Positions 37,905 through 45,553 of a stretch of DNA of 64,000 nucleotides are shown here, in pieces. This DNA comes from Pseudoduganella sp. (lineage in GTDB: Bacteria > Pseudomonadota > Gammaproteobacteria > Burkholderiales > Burkholderiaceae_D). The first letter of the stretch is position 1. Every line of letters begins with the position of its first letter. The DNA is taken from contig JAJTCO010000008.1 of NCBI GenBank assembly GCA_021323265.1, positions 4,357 to 68,356 of the forward strand, written 5' to 3'. The notes under the pieces were generated by a model. That model was not told the origin of the DNA. It searched no databases and was given only the letters and a program-made list of their open reading frames with translations. Position numbers and translations under genes: made by a program.

Positions 37905-38648
37905 ATGACTTTCATCGCTACCGACACGATGAATGCGCTTCGCCAGCGCGGCGAAGCGCAGCTACCTTGTTACGAGCAGGCCTTGCGCAGCGCATGCGAA
38001 GCGAGTCCGCCCCCCTTTGGCGAAGCCTGGTACGGAGAAAAGTACCGTGAGCTGTCCAGCGATCCAGGCTGGCTTGCCACGTCGCTGATCGCCAACGCGG
38101 AAAAGGAAGGGGAGGGTTCGCGCAAGCTGTGGGAGCTGGTGGCGCGCTGCCCCGATCCCGAGATCGCGGAAGCGATCAGGCAGCATGCCATCGACGAATC
38201 GCGCCACGCCATGCAGTACGTGGCCATGTGCGAGCTGGTCTTTCCGGGCGCGCTGGAGGGCGACATGAAGGACTATGCCGATGGCCTGTCGCCGCGCTAC
38301 TCCGCGCGCGACTTCCCCGCGCCTGCGCCGCACGCGTCGGCGCAGGCCGTGCTCGATGAACTGGTGCAGATGAACATCGGAGAGATACGCACACGCATCC
38401 ACCAGCTCCTGATGAGCCCCGTGATCACGGCCTATTGTCCGCCGGAGCGCAGGGAGCGGCTGCACAAGCTGCTTGCTTCGCTGATGGAGGACGAGACCCG
38501 GCATATCCAGTACACGGCCCGTCTGATCAACGCGGCCGGGGAACAGGGCAGTGCCGACTTCGTGTTGCACACGACACGCCGGCGGGTGCGCGAGTTCAAC
38601 GAACTGACATTGGCCGAAGTGGGCGAATCGATGTTCACGGGCGAATAG
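37905..38648 (+). CDS. Ferritin-like diiron-carboxylate protein (putative oxidative tailoring enzyme)
   Basis: Four-helix ligand pattern: 'EKEGEG' ... 'IDESRH' ... 'IGEIRT' ... 'EDETRH'. ATG is 7 bp after the precursor stop (alternative ATG 37929). Confidence 0.75.
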   Translation: MTFIATDTMNALRQRGEAQLPCYEQALRSACEASPPPFGEAWYGEKYRELSSDPGWLATSLIANAEKEGEGSRKLWELVARCPDPEIAEAIRQHAIDESRHAMQYVAMCELVFPGALEGDMKDYADGLSPRYSARDFPAPAPHASAQAVLDELVQMNIGEIRTRIHQLLMSPVITAYCPPERRERLHKLLASLMEDETRHIQYTARLINAAGEQGSADFVLHTTRRRVREFNELTLAEVGESMFTGE

Positions 38649-38658
38649 GGCAAGCACG

Positions 38659-39459
38659 ATGCTGGCGGCAATAAGGCGGCATTTCGATGCGCACTACGCC
38701 GCCGGCGAATCACCGCTCGACCTCTCCCTGCAGGCGCTGCTGCCTCCGGCCCTGGCGGCGCCGGAAACGGCGGCCCTGCGCAGTTCCGCATTCCTGACCC
38801 CGGCCGGCTGGCGCCGCCTGTGCGGCATGGCCGCGCAGGCCAGCGTCATGCAGGGTTGCGTTTCGCCGGTGCGCTTGCTCGACGCCGGCTGCGGCCGGGG
38901 TGGCGTGGGCGCGGCGCTGGCCTCCTCGATCGGCGCCAGCCTGGTCGGGGTCGACTTTTCCGAAGCGGCGATTGCGGCCGCGCGCGCCGACCACCATCAA
39001 CCGGGCGCCGCCTTCATGGTGGCCGATATCGCCAGCCTGCCGTTCGAGGATGGCGCGTTCGCCATTGCCTGCACCATCGATGCGCTGCACCTGGTGCCCG
39101 ATCCCCAGCTGGCGCTGCGCGAACTGCGGCGTGTCCTGCGGCGCGGCGGCGTGATGTTCGGCGGCGTGCACCGGATCGGCACCAGCGGCGCCGAAGCGCG
39201 CCACATGGCCCACTGGCAGGCCTTCTTCGCCGACGCCGGCTTTGGCAATCAGTGCTGGCAGGATGTGTCGCAGGAGTGGCGCTCGGTCATGCACGAGAAG
39301 CATGCACGCCGGCTGGCGCAGCGCGGCGTCCTGGTGGCCAGGCATGGCGGCGCCGCCGCGCTGGAATGCGACGTCTCGCGCCAGATGGTGGGGTCGCTGG
39401 ACGAACCTGGATTCATCAGCCGCAACGCCAGGTTCGAGTTCCTCGTCACCGCTACTTGA
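38659..39459 (+). CDS. Class I SAM-dependent methyltransferase (Methyltransf_11-like)
   Basis: 'LLDAGCGRGG','GVDFS','ADIASLPFEDGAF','LRELRRVLRRGG'. Confidence 0.85.
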   Translation: MLAAIRRHFDAHYAAGESPLDLSLQALLPPALAAPETAALRSSAFLTPAGWRRLCGMAAQASVMQGCVSPVRLLDAGCGRGGVGAALASSIGASLVGVDFSEAAIAAARADHHQPGAAFMVADIASLPFEDGAFAIACTIDALHLVPDPQLALRELRRVLRRGGVMFGGVHRIGTSGAEARHMAHWQAFFADAGFGNQCWQDVSQEWRSVMHEKHARRLAQRGVLVARHGGAAALECDVSRQMVGSLDEPGFISRNARFEFLVTAT

Positions 39460-40552
39460 GCGCCTGCAGCTGCCTGCCCTGGCGCGCGCCGCAGATCACG
39501 GGAGCCTTGTCCGGCAGCTTCAGCATGTCGAAGTAGTTCTGGCCAAGCGCGATGTTGCGGAAGGCGTCGTCGTCGACGAACTGGTAGATGAAGCTGGTCG
39601 CCTTCAGCTCTTCCAGGTAGGAGTCGAAGGTCTTGTCGTCGGAGGCGACGAAATCGGTGCCGGGCAGGATGCGCCTGGAATACTGGTTGATGAAGGGGAC
39701 GTACTTGGCCCGTACCGCAGGCTTCAGGAAGTAGTTGTCGTAGATGACGCGCCAGGACAGGTCGATCATCATGTTCGGATGCTTGTCCAGCAGGTTCCTG
39801 AGGATCTTGATGTGCTGGTCCGGGTCGATCGCGGTGAGCTCCTTGGACAGGCCCATGTGCAGCCACACCACCTTGTTGTCCGGATAGCGCTGCATCACCT
39901 CGGTGATCAGGTCCAGGTATTTGGTGGGCGCGCCGTCTTCCCCCAAGTCGCCGTGCAGGCCGATCGGCATGTTGCGCTCGCGCAGCGCCGCCATGAAAGG
40001 CCCCCAGCCGCGGATCTCCTCGATGGTGACGGGGCGATGGCCGTTGTTGAACAGGGCTTGCTTGACCAGGTTCAGTTCACCCATCCACTTGAACAGGCCC
40101 GGAAACTCCTCGTCCAGCACCGCCATGCCGCGCTTGACCGTGTGCGGCTTGGCCAGGTCGGCGAAGGACATCGACATCGTCAGGCGCGGCACCTGGACCG
40201 GAAACTCGGACACGTTTTCCGCATTGATGATGTCGTTCTTCAGGTTCGGGATCACCGGCGTGCCGGGGCAGTTCAGGTAGTAGGTGCAGCTCGAATCATA
40301 GGGTAGCGTCTGGCCGATGCCGAACACGTTGGCGTAGCGGATGCCCGCATTCTTCAGCATGCGCGTCAGGTCCTGGTGCGGGATCGGGCTGCCGCCGAAA
40401 GGGCGGAAGTGCAAATGGCTGTCGACGATGGCCAGGTTGGGCTGGGTGCTGCGGTCGTAGCATGCAGGACCGGAATCGGCAGCGGCGGGAACGGCCGCAC
40501 CGGCGGCCAGGGCCGCCCACATGGCGGCACGGGTCAAGGCAAACGCTTTCAT
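39452..40552 (-). CDS. Exported amidohydrolase-superfamily protein (Amidohydro_2-like)
   Basis: Signal peptide; 'IVDSHLH', 'WMGELN', 'IGLHGD', 'WLHMG', 'IDLSW', 'PGTDF'. Confidence 0.8.
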   Translation of the reverse strand: MKAFALTRAAMWAALAAGAAVPAAADSGPACYDRSTQPNLAIVDSHLHFRPFGGSPIPHQDLTRMLKNAGIRYANVFGIGQTLPYDSSCTYYLNCPGTPVIPNLKNDIINAENVSEFPVQVPRLTMSMSFADLAKPHTVKRGMAVLDEEFPGLFKWMGELNLVKQALFNNGHRPVTIEEIRGWGPFMAALRERNMPIGLHGDLGEDGAPTKYLDLITEVMQRYPDNKVVWLHMGLSKELTAIDPDQHIKILRNLLDKHPNMMIDLSWRVIYDNYFLKPAVRAKYVPFINQYSRRILPGTDFVASDDKTFDSYLEELKATSFIYQFVDDDAFRNIALGQNYFDMLKLPDKAPVICGARQGRQLQALK

Positions 40553-41793
40553 GCTTCCTCCTCAAGGTCAGGGTTGGCCGGACAGGGCCGGCCGCTTTGG
40601 TGGGTGACGGTCTCCGCCAGGGCGGCGGATTCGGCCGGCGCGTCGAGCGCCGCGTACAGGGCGGCAGCGCGGCAGTAGGGCGCGCGGGCGAACTGCCCGC
40701 TGGCGCGCGCGGCGCGCAGGGCGTCGAGCGCCTGCTGCCGCCTGCCGCCAGCCGCCTCCACGGCGGCGGCCAGCACCCAGTCGTGCAGGCCGCGCGCCGC
40801 CGGCGGCAGCAGCGAGAGCGCCTGTGCCGCCTGCGCATGGCGCGCCTGCTCCAGGTAGTAGGCTGCCGCTTCGGCGGCATACACCGGGGCGTAGTCGCGC
40901 GCCATCTGCGCAAAGCGCCGCTCGGCTTCGGCCAGCCAGGGCGCCCGCTGCGCGGGCGGGAGCAGACGCGCCAGCTGCATGGGCAGGTGGGGATCGGGCG
41001 ACAGCGCGATGGCCAGGCGCAGGCGTTCGATGGCCTGCTGTTGCAGCCCGTTGCGCCGCTCCGCCGCCGCCAGCGCTTCGAGCAAGGGCACATGACGGGG
41101 CAGGCGCCGCTGCGCGGACAACAGCACGGCGTAGGCTTCGTCATGCCGGCCCTGCGCCGACAGCAGGCGCGCCTGTCCCAGGTACAGCCAGACGGCCGGC
41201 ACGGGATGGGGATCTGTCAGGTGGCTGCGCGCCAGGTCGAGCTGTTGCTGTGCCGCCGCCAGCCGGCCCTGCGCGATCAGCCAGCCAGCTTTGCGCGCGT
41301 ACAACAACGGGTTGCGGCTGTCCGCCAGCACTTGCTCCAGCAGCTGCCATGCCTCGCGCGTGCGGCCCCGGTTCCACCACAGTTCCGCCTGCAGGACGGC
41401 CGCTTCCCGGCCGGCATCGCGCGCGCCATGCTGCGCCAGCTCCGCTGCCGCGTCGTCGAAACGGTGCAGGCTCAGTTGGATGCTGGCGCGCTGCGTCGAC
41501 ACGGCGGCACTGGCGGGCAGGGGGCGCAGCACGGCCAGCGCCTGCTCCATGGCACCCACGTCGTTGAGCAGCTGGCCGCGCAGGTAGAGCAGGCGCGCCA
41601 GTTCGCGTGCCTCCGCTTCGGGCAAGGCGCCGGCCCCGGCCCGCTGCTGCAGGCTGGCCAGGCGATCATCCAGGTTGTGCTGGAAGATGGCGCTGTCGGT
41701 GCTGCGCACGTGCGCCAGCCAGTCCGCCGCTGCTGCCGGCGCGCCGCCCAGGGCCGCGAGCGGCAGCACGGCGGCCGCGGCCAGCCGGCGCAC
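40549..41793 (-). CDS. Exported tetratricopeptide-repeat protein
   Basis: Signal-like 'RRLAAAAVLPLAALGGAPAAA'; TPR-like helices 'SLHRFDDAAAEL','RGRTREAWQLLEQ','QGRHDEAY'. Start uncertain (GTG 41793 or ATG 41835). Confidence 0.7.
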   Translation of the reverse strand: MRRLAAAAVLPLAALGGAPAAAADWLAHVRSTDSAIFQHNLDDRLASLQQRAGAGALPEAEARELARLLYLRGQLLNDVGAMEQALAVLRPLPASAAVSTQRASIQLSLHRFDDAAAELAQHGARDAGREAAVLQAELWWNRGRTREAWQLLEQVLADSRNPLLYARKAGWLIAQGRLAAAQQQLDLARSHLTDPHPVPAVWLYLGQARLLSAQGRHDEAYAVLLSAQRRLPRHVPLLEALAAAERRNGLQQQAIERLRLAIALSPDPHLPMQLARLLPPAQRAPWLAEAERRFAQMARDYAPVYAAEAAAYYLEQARHAQAAQALSLLPPAARGLHDWVLAAAVEAAGGRRQQALDALRAARASGQFARAPYCRAAALYAALDAPAESAALAETVTHQSGRPCPANPDLEEEA

Positions 41794-41812
41794 GGCGTCG
41801 CCGCACCGCGCC

Positions 41813-42961
41813 TTACTGGCTGGGCGGCTGCACATAGGGGAACTCCGTCTGCGCCGGCTTGGCGGGCGCGTGCACGCCGACCCCGCGGTTGGGTTCATCG
41901 CGCCGCGGGCCGTTGATCAGCAAGGTGAGCATCGACTTGATCACATCCTCGTTCGGCAGGCGGCCCCCCATGGTCTGCACCGGCTTGCCCAGCACCAGGG
42001 CCTTTTCGATGCCCAGGTAGCCCGCCTGCTGGCTGTCCATGCTGGCCGTCTGCGCCGTGTTGAGGATCAGGAAGTCATCGAGCAACAGGTCGAGCAGCGG
42101 ATGGGGCGTCGGCCAGTCAAGGACGTTGCTGGCGTCGAGCGCCTTCTCGAAGTTGTCCATCCTGGCCAGGCCGTTCTGCAACGCCTGCCGATACAGCTTG
42201 GCGTGGGCCGGATCGACATTGAAGCTGTCTTCCGCATTCCACCAGTCCTTCAGCTTGTCGTCGCGGATCAGGAAGACCGTCATTTCCAGGCGCCCCATGC
42301 GGTCGATCCGGGCCGGCTTGCTGCCGCTGCCGTGGGTTTCCGATACCACCGCCCACAGCTGGCTTTCCAGCTGCGAGGCGTCGAGCAGGAACACCATGCT
42401 CAGCACGTTCTTGCCGGCCAGGGAATTGAGGCCGGGGCGGTTGTCCATGCCTTCGTCGCGCCACACCGGCAGGCGCACGCGCGCCAGGTCGGTGAACGAC
42501 TGGTCGGCACGGTTGCCGGCAAACACGCGCAGGCGCTGGTCGCCGCCACCCTGGGGCAGGTTGACCGGGGCCGTGACGTCGGCCAACTGGCTGCCATTGC
42601 GCAGCAGGCGGCAGCGCATGGCCTGGTTGGCCGCCGCATCGGCGCGGCAGCGCAACTGGTACTCCAGCGCGGCGTCGACCTGGGCGCGCAAGGGCTTGCT
42701 GGAAAAGCCGCGTATCGGCCGCCAGCGGATGCGGTACTCGACGGCATCGCTGAAGCGCGTGTTGGCGGTGGCCCCCGGGTAGACGTTCAGGATGAAGGCC
42801 AACTGGCGCCCCGGCAGCGCCACGGCGAAGAAGTCGGTGATGTCCGCCGCCGGTTCCGCCGTCACGGCCGGGCCATCCCAGTGATCGGTGGCCGTGGCCG
42901 GCCCTGCCAGGCAAAGCAGCAGGGCCAGCCCCAGCGTACGCCAGGCGCGCGCCGCGGCCAT
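41813..42961 (-). CDS. DUF4331-like exported protein
   Basis: Signal peptide, then 'DHWDGP...ADITDFFA', 'VFAGNRAD', 'GKNVLS', 'IDRMGR', 'GGRLPNEDV', 'FPYVQPP'. Confidence 0.75.
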   Translation of the reverse strand: MAAARAWRTLGLALLLCLAGPATATDHWDGPAVTAEPAADITDFFAVALPGRQLAFILNVYPGATANTRFSDAVEYRIRWRPIRGFSSKPLRAQVDAALEYQLRCRADAAANQAMRCRLLRNGSQLADVTAPVNLPQGGGDQRLRVFAGNRADQSFTDLARVRLPVWRDEGMDNRPGLNSLAGKNVLSMVFLLDASQLESQLWAVVSETHGSGSKPARIDRMGRLEMTVFLIRDDKLKDWWNAEDSFNVDPAHAKLYRQALQNGLARMDNFEKALDASNVLDWPTPHPLLDLLLDDFLILNTAQTASMDSQQAGYLGIEKALVLGKPVQTMGGRLPNEDVIKSMLTLLINGPRRDEPNRGVGVHAPAKPAQTEFPYVQPPSQ

Positions 42962-42962
42962 G

Positions 42963-43697
42963 TCAGTACGCAGCCAGCAGCTGTCCCCAGCCGTTGATCC
43001 GGGTACGGATGTCGTTGCTGCGCAGGCAGTGCCACCAGGTCGTGGCATTGACCGACAGCGTGGGCTTGCCCAGCCAGCCTTCGGCCTGGGCCGCCACGCG
43101 CGCCATGCGCAAGTCCGTCCCCAGTTGCACCAGCGCCTGCGCCTGCGGCACGTTCACTTCGCGCAGGCTTTCGCGCAGCACTTCCTCCGACACTTCGCCG
43201 ATCTCGATGGCGTTCGTGCAGTGCAGGCTTTTCTGCGCCACCACTTCGACGCCGAACTCCTTGAAGAAGGAGACGATCTTCTCGTCCGCCACCGCAGGGT
43301 AGGGCGTGACGACGCCAATGCGGGTGAATTGCAGCGCGCGCTGGGCCGCCAGCATGGCGTCGACCGGCGTGATCATCTCCAGGCCGGTATCGTGCCCGAT
43401 GGTGGCCTTGATCTGGCGGTTGCCTTCCAGCCCGCCCCACAGGTTGCTGCTGGAAATGCCCAGCAGCAGGCTGTCCGGCTTGCATTGCAGGCGCGCCGCG
43501 GTCTCCGGCAGGCGCGCGTTGACGCCTTCCACGAAGCGCTGCAGGCCGTCCGGCGCGCTCCAGTCGACGGCATCGATGATGATGCGCGCGGTGGCGATGG
43601 TCGCGCCCTCCACCCGCATGCTCCACAACTCGTTCTCCACCGTGACATTGGTGGCCGGCGTCAGCACGCCGATTTTCCTGCCCCATTGCGATTGCAT
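42963..43697 (-). CDS. Asp/Glu/hydantoin racemase superfamily protein (maleate isomerase/arylmalonate decarboxylase-like)
   Basis: 'KIGVLTPATNVTVENE','RIGVVTPY','LGKPTLSVN..TWWHCLR','GWGQLL'. Confidence 0.8.
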   Translation of the reverse strand: MQSQWGRKIGVLTPATNVTVENELWSMRVEGATIATARIIIDAVDWSAPDGLQRFVEGVNARLPETAARLQCKPDSLLLGISSSNLWGGLEGNRQIKATIGHDTGLEMITPVDAMLAAQRALQFTRIGVVTPYPAVADEKIVSFFKEFGVEVVAQKSLHCTNAIEIGEVSEEVLRESLREVNVPQAQALVQLGTDLRMARVAAQAEGWLGKPTLSVNATTWWHCLRSNDIRTRINGWGQLLAAY

Positions 43698-43718
43698 GGC
43701 ATTCTCCTTGTGCGAGGT

Positions 43719-45239
43719 TCAGCGCAGCTGCGGCGAGTTGAAGTTCTCGATGGCCGGCAGGTTGGCGGCGTTGGTGCCGGCAATGCGGCCGTAGACGATG
43801 GTTTCCGAAAAATTGGTCGAGGTCTGGTACTTGAAGCCCCAGATCGAACCGCATTCGCCGGCCGCGAACAGGTGGGGAATCGGCTTGCCGTCCGGATCGA
43901 GCACGCGCGCGTGTTCGTCGCGGCGCGGTCCGCCCTGGGTGTTGTACATCAGCGGCAGGATCTTGGCCACGTAGTAGGGCGGGTCGATCGGCTTGAGGGT
44001 TTCCGGCGGGCGGCCGAAGGCGCGGTCGACGCCGGCGCGCGCCTGGGCGTTGTAACCGCCAAGGGTGTTGGCCAGGGCGGACTGCTCGATGCCGGTGATG
44101 CGCGACAGCTCCGCCATGTCGTGCGCCACCATGATCCAGCCCTTGGCGATTTCGGCCGAATTGTCGGCGCTCCACTTGTAGCCCTTGACCACCACGTTGT
44201 AGGAGAAGATGTCCATGGCCAGCGGCGCGCCGCGGCCGTTTTCCTCGTCCATGATCAGGAAGGAGGGCAGGCGCGAGAACTTGTAGGTCGGCAGGTTGAA
44301 CTCGCCGATCGACGCGCCGGCGTTATGGGCTTCCAGGCGCGCCTCGTTGACGAAGCGGTCGCCGTCGCTGTCGACGTAGATGAAGCCGGGGCGCCGTACC
44401 GTCAGCACGAAGCCGGCCTCCCAGCCTTCCGGCCGGATGCCGATGGCGCTCGCTTCGGCATCCATATGCCACAGCTGGGCGCCCACTTTCTGCGCCAGGC
44501 GCACGCCGTCGCCCGTGTTGTGCGGCCAGCCGGACGCCTGGATCTCCTGCGGGCGCAGATACTGCGTCTTCAGTTCGGGATCGTATTCGAAGCCGCCGCA
44601 GGTCATGACCACCCCCTTGCGCGCCTTGCAGAAGAAGCGCTCGCCGGCATGTTCGGCGATCACGCCGATGGCCTGGCCCAGGTCGTTCTTGACGATCTCC
44701 ACCACGGCGGTGCCGGTCATGACCTCGATGTTGTCTTGCGCGCGCACATTGCGGTTGATCAGGTTCCACACGCGGGCGCCGCCGGTCCGTTCCGGCACGC
44801 TGTCGGTCTGCTTCAGCCGGCGCAGTTCCAGGTTCAGGTTGCGCGCGGCCGGCAATTGCGAAAAGGTTTTATCGGGGATGTAATATGAAAGGCTCGGATC
44901 GCTAAGCTTATAATCGTAGACTTCCAATTCACCACCCAGGTCCTGGAACCATTGCGGGTTTTGCAGCAGGCCATCGACAAAAGTCTGCACCAGCACGCGC
45001 GGGGTGGTGCCGTGGGTAACCTGGTGCAAGTATTCGACGAATTGCTCTTTCTGCTCGACCTGTTTCGGATAAATCATCATGGCCGACGAGACCAGCGAGT
45101 TGCCGCCCGGCTCAGGGGCCTTTTCAAGCAGCAGTACGCCGGCGCCATGGCGCGCGGCCGTCAGGGCGCAGGTGCCGCCTGCCGCACCGTAGCCAATCAC
45201 GATGACATCCGTTTCCACCTTGGTCTGATATTGCGGCAT
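43719..45239 (-). CDS. FAD-binding oxidoreductase (FAD_binding_2; fumarate reductase flavoprotein/KstD/TcuA-like)
   Basis: 'DVIVIGYGAAG','LLEKAPEPGGNS','VVMTCGGF','NTGDG','RFVNE','TQGG','IPHLFAAGE','GRIAG'. Confidence 0.88.
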   Translation of the reverse strand: MPQYQTKVETDVIVIGYGAAGGTCALTAARHGAGVLLLEKAPEPGGNSLVSSAMMIYPKQVEQKEQFVEYLHQVTHGTTPRVLVQTFVDGLLQNPQWFQDLGGELEVYDYKLSDPSLSYYIPDKTFSQLPAARNLNLELRRLKQTDSVPERTGGARVWNLINRNVRAQDNIEVMTGTAVVEIVKNDLGQAIGVIAEHAGERFFCKARKGVVMTCGGFEYDPELKTQYLRPQEIQASGWPHNTGDGVRLAQKVGAQLWHMDAEASAIGIRPEGWEAGFVLTVRRPGFIYVDSDGDRFVNEARLEAHNAGASIGEFNLPTYKFSRLPSFLIMDEENGRGAPLAMDIFSYNVVVKGYKWSADNSAEIAKGWIMVAHDMAELSRITGIEQSALANTLGGYNAQARAGVDRAFGRPPETLKPIDPPYYVAKILPLMYNTQGGPRRDEHARVLDPDGKPIPHLFAAGECGSIWGFKYQTSTNFSETIVYGRIAGTNAANLPAIENFNSPQLR

Positions 45240-45504
45240 AGCGAAGTCCCTTTCAATTTACATCAATCGGAAACAAGCAAAAATGCGCGACAAGCGGCCG
45301 CAAAAATGCCTTGCACATTTTCGCAATAGATTAAATAGCCTATTTGAAGTTAATACCGGAAGAATGCCTTGTGTTTGCTTTTGGGCACGAAATTGATAAT
45401 ACGCCCGACAATTCCAATTGCAAGAATATTTTTTAAAATAGGATTATTCCTAAAACTGGCGGGTTTCAATATGTCGGTAATAATTCGCCAGTTATTAATG
45501 AAAT

Positions 45505-45536
45505 AAAAAAAGCCCGCCGGCAGACGCGGGCGGGCT
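45505..45536 (-). terminator. Rho-independent terminator of the S9 peptidase gene
   Basis: A7 then GCCCGCC...GGCGGGC stem. Confidence 0.7.
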
Positions 45537-45553
45537 GGGGCGGTCGGCCCGGC

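Noticed and set aside
37062-45553. Integrase, transposase or att/direct repeats bounding the putative island
   Set aside because: None was found by eye, so no mobile element is annotated. Island status remains an inference.
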